64,000 nucleotides of DNA, taken from the NCBI GenBank assembly GCA_023244835.1, contig JAHFLN010000001.1:4912-68911 (forward strand), read 5' to 3'. The notes beneath the pieces are model-generated. The model did no database searches. It saw only the letters and a list, made by a program, of their open reading frames with translations, and was not told the DNA's origin. Each line of letters begins with the position of its first letter. Position 1 is the first letter of the stretch. Origin of the DNA: Candidatus Harrisonbacteria bacterium (GTDB lineage Bacteria > Patescibacteriota > Minisyncoccia > UBA6257 > UBA11618). Of the stretch, positions 30,416 through 39,614 are shown piece after piece. A program made the translations under genes and the position numbers.

Positions 30416-31564
30416 CTATTTAAACGGAATAAATGCGCCATTTCTGACCGTTTTCAATTCGAACTCCCCACCCAAGACCTGATGCTTTTCGTCGAACCCC
30501 AAGTCGCCTATAAACGCTCCTTTAATGCGGACTTTCTCAAGCGCGTTCCGAATCTCCTGCCCGTTCTTCGCTCCTGATCCGATCGCGGCGACAATAATAC
30601 GAACCGCATCATACGCATTCACGGCCGCAGGCCCTTGCGGATCTTCATTGTATTTCGCCCGATACGTTTCCTTGAATGCTTTCTGCTCCTCGTTTGCCAC
30701 CGGGTAGGTATAAATCACACCGTCCATCGCCGACCCGAAACTCTCAAGCACACTTTCGTCCTGGATGTCCGCGGCAGAGAGTATTATCGCCCTGAATCCC
30801 AGCTCCTTCGCCTGTTTCAGGAAACTTGCCTTTGTGTGCGGAGCGAGAAAGGAAATGAATACAGCCTCGATATTCGCCGTCTTCATCTTCGCAATGACAG
30901 TTCTAAAGTCCTGGATACCCGTCGGCATTTCATGTTTCTCCCCTATCTGAATGCCGTGGAAAGGAGAGGCTTCCTCGAAAAGCCGCGTCATCATCGTGCT
31001 GTACGAGTCCTGATCCCACACCATCGCGACCTTCTTCAACTCCACTCGCTCGGCATAGGCCTCGAGCGCCGCTATTTCCTTCCGTTGGGGCGCGTACGTC
31101 GAGAAAATATAGTCGATTGACTGCTTCTGGAACTCTAGCGCTTCCATAGCAGTATCAGGCGACACAGCCGGGGTCATAGAGCCGTTTATGACCGGGCTCG
31201 CTCCCTGGTAGGCATCGCCCCATGTGGGACCGACGATCGCTATGACATGGTCGGCGTTCACAAGCTTCTGCACGGCATTCACCGTCGTCTTATTCTCGCA
31301 CTGCGTGTCCTCGATCATGAAATCGATCTTCTTGCCATTCACGCCGCCCGCAGCATTCGCCTCGTCGACCGCCATCTGCGCCGCCTTCTTCTCGCCCTCG
31401 CCCCACTCGGCGCATACGCCTGATAGGCCGAATGCCCCGCCGAGTCGTACCGTCGACAGGTCGTCCAACTCCGCGACTTTCGCTTCGCGGCGAGACATTA
31501 CTAAGCCAATTCCCACGACAAGCAGCATAACAATGAGCGCGATATAGAGAGAATTCCTTTTCAT
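30416..31564 (-). CDS. ABC transporter substrate-binding protein, LivJ-like, TM-anchored
   Basis: Peripla_BP_6 pattern; inside livFG-SBP-livMH operon. Confidence 0.82.
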   Translation of the reverse strand: MKRNSLYIALIVMLLVVGIGLVMSRREAKVAELDDLSTVRLGGAFGLSGVCAEWGEGEKKAAQMAVDEANAAGGVNGKKIDFMIEDTQCENKTTVNAVQKLVNADHVIAIVGPTWGDAYQGASPVINGSMTPAVSPDTAMEALEFQKQSIDYIFSTYAPQRKEIAALEAYAERVELKKVAMVWDQDSYSTMMTRLFEEASPFHGIQIGEKHEMPTGIQDFRTVIAKMKTANIEAVFISFLAPHTKASFLKQAKELGFRAIILSAADIQDESVLESFGSAMDGVIYTYPVANEEQKAFKETYRAKYNEDPQGPAAVNAYDAVRIIVAAIGSGAKNGQEIRNALEKVRIKGAFIGDLGFDEKHQVLGGEFELKTVRNGAFIPFK

Positions 31565-32427
31565 AGTTTATATTCTCCGAACATGCCCTGCGGCCGATAC
31601 AGCATGAGGAGGACGAGAATCGCCCCGTACGCGACCTGGCGCATCTGCGCGGCGATGTCGGGCGGGAAACCTACGAACCGCAGGATCTCGGGCAAGAGGA
31701 TGAATACGATCGCCCCGAATACCGACCCGTTCACGTTCGCGAGCCCGCCCAAGATCACGAGCGACAATATGAAGATTGACTCATTAAGCGAGAAGGTTGA
31801 GGGATCGATATAGGAGATATATGAGGCGAAAAGCGACCCTGCGACCGCCGCGAGCATCGCGGCGATCATAAAAATAATGCGCTTGTACCGCGCCGTGTCA
31901 TAACCGAAGACCCGCAAGGCATCTTCATCTTCCCGAATTCCTTTAAGCGCCCTGCCAAACGAAGATTTCACGATCCATTGCGAAATAGCGTAGGTCAAAA
32001 GCGCGAAGACTATGGAAAGGATGAGGAATTGCGCGTTCGTGCGTATCGCCGTTCCAAACAACTCCGGCTTCGGAATACCCGGAATCCCCAAAGGGCCGCG
32101 CGTGACGCTCTGAACGTTCAGGAATATGCTGAACACGATTATATTGAAACCGAAAGAGACCAAAGCGTAATAGTCTCCCTTAAACTTCCCTGACACGATG
32201 CCGATGAACCATGCGGCTGCGGCCGCGCATACCATGCCGATCGCGGTTGCTTCGAAAAAGCCGTATCCACGAGACACCGTGAGGATGCCCACCGCATATG
32301 CTCCCACGCCATAGAACGCCGCGTGCGTCACCGATAGGAGCCCTGCGTAACCCACGACCAAATTCAAGCTCATGCCTAATATGGCATAGATCGAAGACAT
32401 GACGGCTAAATGGATAAGGTATTCCAT
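31561..32427 (-). CDS. livM: Branched-chain amino acid ABC transporter permease
   Basis: 288 aa polytopic permease. Confidence 0.85.
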   Translation of the reverse strand: MEYLIHLAVMSSIYAILGMSLNLVVGYAGLLSVTHAAFYGVGAYAVGILTVSRGYGFFEATAIGMVCAAAAAWFIGIVSGKFKGDYYALVSFGFNIIVFSIFLNVQSVTRGPLGIPGIPKPELFGTAIRTNAQFLILSIVFALLTYAISQWIVKSSFGRALKGIREDEDALRVFGYDTARYKRIIFMIAAMLAAVAGSLFASYISYIDPSTFSLNESIFILSLVILGGLANVNGSVFGAIVFILLPEILRFVGFPPDIAAQMRQVAYGAILVLLMLYRPQGMFGEYKL

Positions 32428-32428
32428 A

Positions 32429-33343
32429 TTATTTCTTCACGATCCCTTCCGGCCTTATGAGCAGGAATATGATCAATACGACGAACGCGATCGCGTCTTT
32501 CCATTCGCCGCTTATCTTCCAGATGCCGAAGTTCTCCGCGAACCCGAGCACGAACGCGCCTAAGAAGCCGCCGTAGAGACTCCCCACGCCGCCGATAATC
32601 GAAGCGATAGTTCCTTTTAAGAGCAGGTTCATGCCCATGGTCGGTTCGATGCCCGTATCGAAGCCGATCAGGATTCCCGCGACGCCCGCGATCGCCGAGC
32701 CGATGAAGAACACGCGGCCGATGATCTTGTTCGTGTCGATACCCACCATACGCGCGACTTCCTCATCGTCCTTTATCGCCGATACGGCCTTGCCGAAGAG
32801 GGTATATTTCGCGACGAGTCCCAAGACCGCCATGATCGCGAGGCCGCAAGCGATGATCACGACCTGCGTGTGCGTGATTATCGCGCCATAGACTTCGACT
32901 GAGCCCGACACGCCGCCGGACGATTCAAGCGCTTGGAATTGACTCGTGAAAAGAATCGCGATAACCGCCTGAATCGCCGTGAAAGCGCCGAGCGACGCGA
33001 CCATGAGCACCATATTCGACGCCTTACGCTTGCGAAGCGGCAGATAAACGAACTTGTCCAGCCCATAGCCGATGGAGCCCGCGACCACAGCGCCTATCAC
33101 GCACGTGACGACGACATTTACTGGCAAGGCGAATATCTTAAGGATGGCGAATACCGTATAGGCGCCGCATGCCGCAACCGCCCCGTGAGCGAGGTTAAAA
33201 AACTTGGTCGTGCCGTAAATGAGGTTGAATCCGAGCGCGATCAGGGCGTATATAGCGCCGGCGATCACGCTGTTCGCGATAAGTTGAGGCACGATGTCCA
33301 CATAAGGAAATATATAGGACTCACTCGTTTTCATCAATCGCAT
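32429..33343 (-). CDS. livH: Branched-chain amino acid ABC transporter permease
   Basis: Polytopic permease; start uncertain (MRLMKT at 33343 or MKT at 33334). Confidence 0.8.
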   Translation of the reverse strand: MRLMKTSESYIFPYVDIVPQLIANSVIAGAIYALIALGFNLIYGTTKFFNLAHGAVAACGAYTVFAILKIFALPVNVVVTCVIGAVVAGSIGYGLDKFVYLPLRKRKASNMVLMVASLGAFTAIQAVIAILFTSQFQALESSGGVSGSVEVYGAIITHTQVVIIACGLAIMAVLGLVAKYTLFGKAVSAIKDDEEVARMVGIDTNKIIGRVFFIGSAIAGVAGILIGFDTGIEPTMGMNLLLKGTIASIIGGVGSLYGGFLGAFVLGFAENFGIWKISGEWKDAIAFVVLIIFLLIRPEGIVKK

Positions 33344-33446
33344 AATCTTGACTTTAATCAATATTTTATGCACTATATATTCGGCTATCCGACAACCGAA
33401 TACTGCTTGTAAGTCCCTATTTTTTCGAACGAAAGGAACGGTTCCG

Positions 33447-34136
33447 ATGTCTATCTTACACTCAAATCCCACGAAAAAGAGAGGCAGACGAAAGAAAAAG
33501 GCCCTTGCCCTGAAGGATACGGCGCGACGGAAAAGCGACCTGCCCGCGCGTCGCTATATGGGAGCGTATGTCTCTCGCGCGAAACGCGCAGGGCTTTCCC
33601 ATTCACAAGGGAAACCCCCCAAGATCATCCAGCTAAAACCCTCTGTCGCGAAACGGACGGAAATGACGCCGAGTGTCGCTCCCCCGTTCATTCTCTTCCT
33701 CGCAACGGCGGAGGCTCTGCAGCGATCCGGCATCACCATGACGGGAAAAACATCGAAGCAAAAAAGGAGACTTCTTCTTTTGGCTGAATCCGTTTCTGAT
33801 GGCCGGCACCATGCGAAGATCCTTATGCGCGCCGAGCTTGACGAGTTTCTCTGCGTCATCGCCTTCGACGAGGAAAGCTGGACTCCCGAAAAAGACGACG
33901 TTCTGTTCGACTTCGAACTCAAACTCCGCAGATCGTGTGGCCACTGTGTTCATTTCTACGCCAAAGAGGCTGCTATGAATACCGGCGAGGTCATCGCCCG
34001 GATTATTGCCGAACGCTTCAAGAAATACGTTCTCGGCCGTGCCCGGCTTGCGCTCCGTACCGCGGAAATCAGGAATGAGATCAATAGCCTCGTGGCCGAA
34101 GCTATGCAGTTCACTCTTCCGCTCAGCGATAGCTGA
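33447..34136 (+). CDS. Hypothetical basic protein
   Basis: AAAGGAACGG Shine-Dalgarno; TTGACT promoter-like upstream; terminator downstream. Confidence 0.45.
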   Translation: MSILHSNPTKKRGRRKKKALALKDTARRKSDLPARRYMGAYVSRAKRAGLSHSQGKPPKIIQLKPSVAKRTEMTPSVAPPFILFLATAEALQRSGITMTGKTSKQKRRLLLLAESVSDGRHHAKILMRAELDEFLCVIAFDEESWTPEKDDVLFDFELKLRRSCGHCVHFYAKEAAMNTGEVIARIIAERFKKYVLGRARLALRTAEIRNEINSLVAEAMQFTLPLSDS

Positions 34137-34170
34137 TACGATCGGCATTTCAAAACGCGGGAAAACACAA

Positions 34171-34203
34171 ACGCCCCCGGCAGCTTGCCGGAGGCGTTTT
34201 TTC
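34171..34203. terminator. Rho-independent terminator
   Basis: ACGCCCCCGGCAGCTTGCCGGAGGCGT plus T7. Confidence 0.6.
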
Positions 34204-34223
34204 TTTACCTTTTTATATCCTCC

Positions 34224-35429
34224 TTATTGCGGGGTGCTTGTCGCGGTAGTCGCGGCCATCATTTCCACCTTACCGCCCTTCACCACCTCGCCGCTGTAGC
34301 CGCTCTCGCGGTCGCCGTCCGGCTTGATCGTGATCGAGCCCGATGCGCCCTGCCAATCCTTCACGGTGCGGAACCAGTCCGCGAGCTTCGCGCCGTCGTC
34401 TCCCACGGCCATCAGGCCCTCTTTCGCCATATAAACGCCGTCGTACACGGTCTGGCCGTAGGACTTGAACGGCATATCAACACCGAACTTTGCTTTGTAG
34501 GCCTGATCCAATGCCGCGAACTTCGTATTCGCCGGGTCAACCGCGAATTCGGCCGCGAGCGCACCTTCCAAAATATCCTTGTATTTCTCGACCGTCGCGC
34601 GGTCGCCTACGAACGCCTCGTTCACGAGCATCTTCGGCTTCCACTTCAAGTCGACTAATTGCTTAATGACCCGCTCGCCGGATGCCGGCGTCTGCGCGTT
34701 CAGGAAGAGCGCGTCGGGCTTCGCCGCCTTTAACTTTGTAAGCATCGAGCGGAAATCGGTCGCGCTCGTCGGGAACTCCTCCTTCACCACCGTACCGCCT
34801 AATGCTTCGAACGAAGCGCTGAATGCCTTGAAGATGCCCAAGGGGTAGTCAAGCTGCTCCTGAATCATCGCGACCTTCTTCCAGCCTTTCGCGGCCGCGG
34901 CCTTCGCCAACACCTCGCCCTGCGTCGCGTCACTCGGATAGTCACGCACGAAGAAACGGCTCTTGCCCGTCAAGTCGGGACTGCTCGAGCCGGTCGAGAG
35001 CATGAGTACCTGGCCCGCCTCCGCGACCGGGATCGCCGCGAGCGATTCGCCACTGCAGAACCCGCCGAGAATGAAATGAACCTTGTCGACGTTTACCAGC
35101 TTCTGCGCCGCGCTCGTCGCGTCCTTACCGCTGCACTTACCATCTTCATAAATAACTTCGAGCGGCCGGCCATTTACGCCACCCGCGGCGTTGATTTCTT
35201 CAACCGCGAGCATGACGACGTTCCGCTTCATTTCCCCATATGACGCGCCATCGCCCGACAAGGGAGCGATGAAACCGATCTTAAGCGGCTCGACAGCCAC
35301 CGGAACCGTGCTCGTCGCGACGGTCTCCTCAACCGGCGCTTCAGCAGGCGCGCCGAGCATGGCGTACCCCGCCCATGCGACCACGCCCAACACGACGACC
35401 CATATAATAGCTTTCGCTGTAGTGTTCAT
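34224..35429 (-). CDS. ABC transporter substrate-binding protein, LivJ-like, TM-anchored
   Basis: Peripla_BP_6 pattern. Confidence 0.82.
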   Translation of the reverse strand: MNTTAKAIIWVVVLGVVAWAGYAMLGAPAEAPVEETVATSTVPVAVEPLKIGFIAPLSGDGASYGEMKRNVVMLAVEEINAAGGVNGRPLEVIYEDGKCSGKDATSAAQKLVNVDKVHFILGGFCSGESLAAIPVAEAGQVLMLSTGSSSPDLTGKSRFFVRDYPSDATQGEVLAKAAAAKGWKKVAMIQEQLDYPLGIFKAFSASFEALGGTVVKEEFPTSATDFRSMLTKLKAAKPDALFLNAQTPASGERVIKQLVDLKWKPKMLVNEAFVGDRATVEKYKDILEGALAAEFAVDPANTKFAALDQAYKAKFGVDMPFKSYGQTVYDGVYMAKEGLMAVGDDGAKLADWFRTVKDWQGASGSITIKPDGDRESGYSGEVVKGGKVEMMAATTATSTPQ

Positions 35430-35547
35430 AGTGCCTTCATACTACCCAAGCCATGATGTCCGTCAATATGGACAAAACGCACTATAATCATCGTAATTAC
35501 GCCTGATTGAACGAATCGGCAGGGCACGATATACTGAACCCGCCGAA

Positions 35548-35635
35548 GGAGGGGTCGCATAGCGGCCTAGTGCACCATCTTGGAAAGGTGGCATACCGAA
35601 AGGTATCGAGGGTTCGAATCCCTCCCCCTCCGCCA
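35548..35635 (+). tRNA. tRNA-Ser (anticodon GGA), class II with long variable arm, CCA encoded
   Basis: Acceptor GGAGGGG/CCCCTCC; anticodon stem CCATC/GGTGG; loop TTGGAAA; T-loop GGTTCGAATCC; TTGAAC-17-TATACT promoter upstream. Confidence 0.85.
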
Positions 35636-35656
35636 GATTGGCAACTTTGAACCAAT

Positions 35657-36430
35657 ATGAATACATGGACTAAAAAGAGTATAGAACTGGCGCGTAAACC
35701 GGGATATTTAGATGCCTTGGGCGCTATTTATGTTATGAATATAAATCCTAGTAGACCACTAACGGAAGAAGTTGAGAAAAAAATACGAGAGGCTTTCCAT
35801 AATAGAAAAAATAAAGAGTTAGTTCATCTGTTAATTCAAAACGAAGTCTTTCCGGTCAAGGATTCTTATGTCGGATTTTTAAGACTTAACCCTGCGGCTA
35901 TTGATCAAAATCCGATAACTATCAATAGAATATCAGAAAGGCTTTACTCATTGGGGATTGAAGCACTTCTTAAGGAGGCAACTCGTCCTAAAGAGACAAA
36001 TCGTCAACTCGGACACTCATTCAAAAAATGGTTGCCTCAATTAGGTTATCCCGTACTTAATGTAGAAGAGTTTGCCAATACTCGAGGTGTGGCCATCCTT
36101 GCCGGTGGGGACGCACAACTTGCAAAATACGCTAGAGAGAAGTTGGGCTGTGAATTATCCAAAGGTATTGATTTTGTTTTAAAGAAAGGAAAGAATCATA
36201 TTATTGGTGAAGCTAAATTTCTTACAACTCCTGGAGGAGAGCAAGATCGAGGTTTTGATGACGCATCAAATTTTATTAAAGGAAAATTGCGCCCAAATGT
36301 GAAAAGAATAGCTGTTTTGGATGGCTATATCTGGGTAGAACGAACTGGTGGGCTCCACAATAAGATCGTGATGAACAACCTTGATATTTTTAGTGCTCTA
36401 CTCCTTCCCGAATATATTAAAAAGTTTTAG
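35657..36430 (+). CDS. Putative type II restriction endonuclease, PD-(D/E)xK-like
   Basis: AT-rich gene beginning 22 bp after the tRNA; candidate GIDFV...IIGEAKF catalytic motif; convergent with and overlapping the methyltransferase stop. Confidence 0.5.
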   Translation: MNTWTKKSIELARKPGYLDALGAIYVMNINPSRPLTEEVEKKIREAFHNRKNKELVHLLIQNEVFPVKDSYVGFLRLNPAAIDQNPITINRISERLYSLGIEALLKEATRPKETNRQLGHSFKKWLPQLGYPVLNVEEFANTRGVAILAGGDAQLAKYAREKLGCELSKGIDFVLKKGKNHIIGEAKFLTTPGGEQDRGFDDASNFIKGKLRPNVKRIAVLDGYIWVERTGGLHNKIVMNNLDIFSALLLPEYIKKF

Positions 36431-38187
36431 GTTGCAGAATAAACCTCAAAAGAAGCTTTTAATTTAGCTCCTTCTTTTTCTATAAGACTAATAGCATTTT
36501 TATTGAGGTCTATTCCTATCCAATTTCTTTTTAGTTCTTCAGCGGCTAGTAGAGTAGTACCCGACCCCGCAAAACAATCCAAAACCAAGTCGTCTTGCGT
36601 TGTAGAGCTCTGAATAATTTGTTTCAATAAGTCTCGATTTTTCTGTGTTGGGTAAAGAGAGCTCTCGAAACCAGGATCTTTAAAGTCCCACACGTCCTGA
36701 AGTTTCTTGCCTCGGTTTTCGTCTGCGTAGATTTTTTTTCGAGGATTCCCTGAACTAGACCACTCAATCAATCCTTCTTTATCTAGGCGTGTTAATTCTT
36801 CAGGGTTATATCTCCAATGCCTTCCTTTCGGTGGGAGCATGCCTTTCCATTCTCTGCCCGTAGGACCATTTCGTGTCTCTCCTTTAGCGTGAAGAGGTGT
36901 GGTGGCATACCTACGCCCTTTTTTGTCAATCTTGGGAAATTGTTTTATGATCTCCTCCTCAGTTAAGGCTATACGATGGTCCGTCCAAGACATTGGGTCA
37001 TGTCCATTTGGTTTTGATTTGGAATAAAAATATATTACATCTTTTATGTTCCCGAAAGCTTTCCTATCGAAATTTTTTGGATTACATTTTATTCTGGTAA
37101 TGTCATTTCTAAAATTTTCCTCTCCGAATACTTCGTCCATTAATACTTTTACATAATGTCCTATTTTCTGATCAATATGGAGGTATATGCTACCTGTTTC
37201 GGAAAGTAATTCTCTAAGAAGGATCAGTCTTTTTCTTAAAAACTCAAGGAAATCTGTGTTTGTAAGTTTGTCGCTATAAAAGTTTTCTTCGTTATAACCA
37301 ACAAAATCTTGCCCTGTACCAAAAGGTGGATCGATATAAATTAATTCGATATTGCCCTTTATATTTTTATTTTCATACAAATTCTTAAGAACACTGAGAT
37401 TGTCGCCTGCAATTAATTTATTTACAGACTTTGATCCATATTTCTTAGTAAGTTTAAGTTGAGCCGCTTTGATTTCAAGAACTTCTTCTTCCTTTATTTT
37501 TCCTCGATAAATCAACTCAGCTCCTCCTTTAGGACGACGTGCATGAGGAATCGTATGAAGAATATTTTCTGCTCTCTCCCTCTCGGAATATCTTTCGTTG
37601 GATTTAATAATATCTATAACTACACCTTGGATAGTTAACCGTTCAGGTTCAATAAAAAGAGGTAGCATTGTTTGGTTCGCAGGCTGTAGCCGTATCCTAT
37701 TTTTCTCCCTAAAAAACTTTTTAAGTGTGGCGGACTCCTGATCAATCAAAGCAACAACTTTTTGACCATTGTGTGCTACCGATTGACTCTGAATCAACAC
37801 AATGTCTCCATCGTTGATATTCTCATCAATCATACTATCGCCATACACACGTAGAGCGTAAACATCACTACTTTTAGGCATTTTCGATTTCGGGATAGCG
37901 ATTGTCTCCTTTTCTTGAATTGCTTCAATTGGCTCGCCTGCAGCAATAGTACCCAGGAGAGGAATGCTTACCAGGGGTTCGCCAGAGGAAATACTTATAG
38001 AACGTGCTTTATTTTCAGATTTATCCAAATATCCACTATCTCGTAGTTTGTTTATATGAAAATGTGCAGTAGAAACAGAGGCAAGTTTAAAATGCCTCTG
38101 TATTTCCTCTAAGGAGGGGGCATACCCTTTCTTTTTGGAAGACTCTTTTACGAAATCGAAGACCTCTTTTTGCTTTTTGGTGAGCAT
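36427..38187 (-). CDS. LexA-like repressor (HTH plus S24 peptidase) fused to beta-class amino-DNA methyltransferase (DPPF ... FAGSGTT)
   Basis: N-terminal ~205 aa align to LexA (IAAGEPI cleavage site, LRVYGDSM Ser, DGDIVLI, NGQKVVALID, TLKKF Lys); C-terminal motif IV IDPPF then motif I DCFAGSGTT. Confidence 0.8.
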   Translation of the reverse strand: MLTKKQKEVFDFVKESSKKKGYAPSLEEIQRHFKLASVSTAHFHINKLRDSGYLDKSENKARSISISSGEPLVSIPLLGTIAAGEPIEAIQEKETIAIPKSKMPKSSDVYALRVYGDSMIDENINDGDIVLIQSQSVAHNGQKVVALIDQESATLKKFFREKNRIRLQPANQTMLPLFIEPERLTIQGVVIDIIKSNERYSERERAENILHTIPHARRPKGGAELIYRGKIKEEEVLEIKAAQLKLTKKYGSKSVNKLIAGDNLSVLKNLYENKNIKGNIELIYIDPPFGTGQDFVGYNEENFYSDKLTNTDFLEFLRKRLILLRELLSETGSIYLHIDQKIGHYVKVLMDEVFGEENFRNDITRIKCNPKNFDRKAFGNIKDVIYFYSKSKPNGHDPMSWTDHRIALTEEEIIKQFPKIDKKGRRYATTPLHAKGETRNGPTGREWKGMLPPKGRHWRYNPEELTRLDKEGLIEWSSSGNPRKKIYADENRGKKLQDVWDFKDPGFESSLYPTQKNRDLLKQIIQSSTTQDDLVLDCFAGSGTTLLAAEELKRNWIGIDLNKNAISLIEKEGAKLKASFEVYSAT

Positions 38188-38242
38188 ATTGATATTATAG
38201 AAAATAAATAGAAAGTATACAAATCAAGTTATCCACAAGGTC

Positions 38243-39238
38243 ATGGCAAAGCATCACATCGTTCAAGACAAATATCTCACTCAATGGAGAAAAAGCGGAA
38301 CAGAAAATCAGCTCAATATTTATGTTATTCATGAAAATCAAATTATAGAAAGAGGACCGGGATGGAAGGGTTTTTGGAGAGATGATTTTAATGTGCTTGA
38401 AGATGACGGTGAAAAGTCCTACCTCCCAGAGGAAGTTACGGTAATTATTGATACAAAGGGTATTGAAGCTGTCAGGAAAATAAATACTACAAGCGAAGAA
38501 TTATTATCAGGTATGGATAGGAGTTGCGTAGCTTTTTATACGGCATTGCAGTACACAAGAACTCCGCGACACAGAGAGGAAACAAACAAATTGATCGAAG
38601 CTACTACCCGACATTTTATGAGAAAAGACCTTCCATCACCAGATAAGGTGCATATGTCCAAAGATAAGATACTCGAGTATAACCCACAGAATAAAATGGA
38701 GGAGGATGCTCTGGATGTGATAAGTAAGATGACGCAAGAGGAAATCAACTCACAGATTTTTAAGGCAATACACGATGATACAGTCAGGATCGGCCTTACA
38801 AAGACAGGCCACTCAAAAGGCATTCTGAAAGTAGATCGTCATGCCGAGAAGATATTTGAAATGCAGTGGCTATTCCTAGTAACTCCTGAGGGTACGTCCT
38901 TCATTACCTCGGATAGCCCTTGTTTTACAATATCCACATCGAAACTGAATGGGCTAATATCGCCTCACTCAACGGTATATTTCCCATTAAGACCAGATAT
39001 ATGTCTTTACATAAAACCGAGCATGAAATCAAAAGCAGAATACTATATGAAGTTAGATAAGGGACAGGTTAGGGATATAAATTCACTGATACTCTCAAAC
39101 AGTACCCAATGTGCAGTTGCCAAGGACAAAATACATTTAGAGAAACTGACCAAGAACTTCGATTACAAAAACCACAGAAAGTCACGCGTTATATCTATTA
39201 GCGAATCGGGGCCATACACAATGTTTACCGCAGAATAG
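38243..39238 (+). CDS. DUF4238-like protein
   Basis: N-terminal KHHIVQDKYLTQW matching the DUF4238 HhxPQxYL motif; AT-rich; adjacent to R-M pair. Confidence 0.5.
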   Translation: MAKHHIVQDKYLTQWRKSGTENQLNIYVIHENQIIERGPGWKGFWRDDFNVLEDDGEKSYLPEEVTVIIDTKGIEAVRKINTTSEELLSGMDRSCVAFYTALQYTRTPRHREETNKLIEATTRHFMRKDLPSPDKVHMSKDKILEYNPQNKMEEDALDVISKMTQEEINSQIFKAIHDDTVRIGLTKTGHSKGILKVDRHAEKIFEMQWLFLVTPEGTSFITSDSPCFTISTSKLNGLISPHSTVYFPLRPDICLYIKPSMKSKAEYYMKLDKGQVRDINSLILSNSTQCAVAKDKIHLEKLTKNFDYKNHRKSRVISISESGPYTMFTAE

Positions 39239-39479
39239 TAAATTAACCTGAGTAGCCTGTATATTTTAGGCTAGACAGAATAATCAACTGCATTTTGCCC
39301 TATATCTGACTTTGGCTTCGGTACTTCAAACCATTCAGGGTGGACTTTGTAGATAACCCTTAGTTTCTGTATACTTTTATCAAGATCCTCGAATTTGAGC
39401 CGTACTTTTGGTTCAAAGTTACGGGCATCGTCCCCGCCTAATGCAAAAGAGATGGCCTTGCGCCATCCCCTTTTGCATT

Positions 39480-39600
39480 AGATGTGATGGCTTGGAGAGG
39501 ATTCGAACCGAAGGTCCCCTATTTTCAAGGAGGCTTACAGCCGACTATGAAAATAGCGGCCTCGACCGAAGGAAGAGGCGAATCCCCCCCGCCCTTGCAT
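39480..39600. other. Degenerate tRNA-like remnant(s) at far edge of island
   Basis: Plus strand ATAGCGGCCT..ACCGAAGGAAGAGGCGAATCCCCCCCGCCC resembles tRNA-Ser D-loop, variable arm and 3' end; minus strand carries a GGTTCGAATCC T-loop-like motif. Confidence 0.4.
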
Positions 39601-39614
39601 TACTCCTCTTTAAC

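Noticed and set aside
38188-38242. Canonical SOS box in the divergent R-M / DUF4238 promoter region
   Set aside because: Only a weak TTGAT-N29-ATCAA symmetry is visible. No match to the E. coli CTGT-N8-ACAG or Gram-positive GAAC-N4-GTTC consensus could be claimed by eye.
39262-39470. Minus-strand open frame without start codon (…FEDLDKSIQKLRVIYKVHPEWFEVPKPKSDIGQNAVDYSV*) at the island edge
   Set aside because: No initiator codon, and upstream in frame is a stop. Possibly a gene fragment, for example a remnant of a lost island gene, but I could not assign it.
39480-39600. Intact second tRNA gene on the minus strand (suggested by GGTTCGAATCC)
   Set aside because: Cannot build a complete cloverleaf: no matching 5' acceptor strand and no CCA context. 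Kept only as a tRNA-like remnant.
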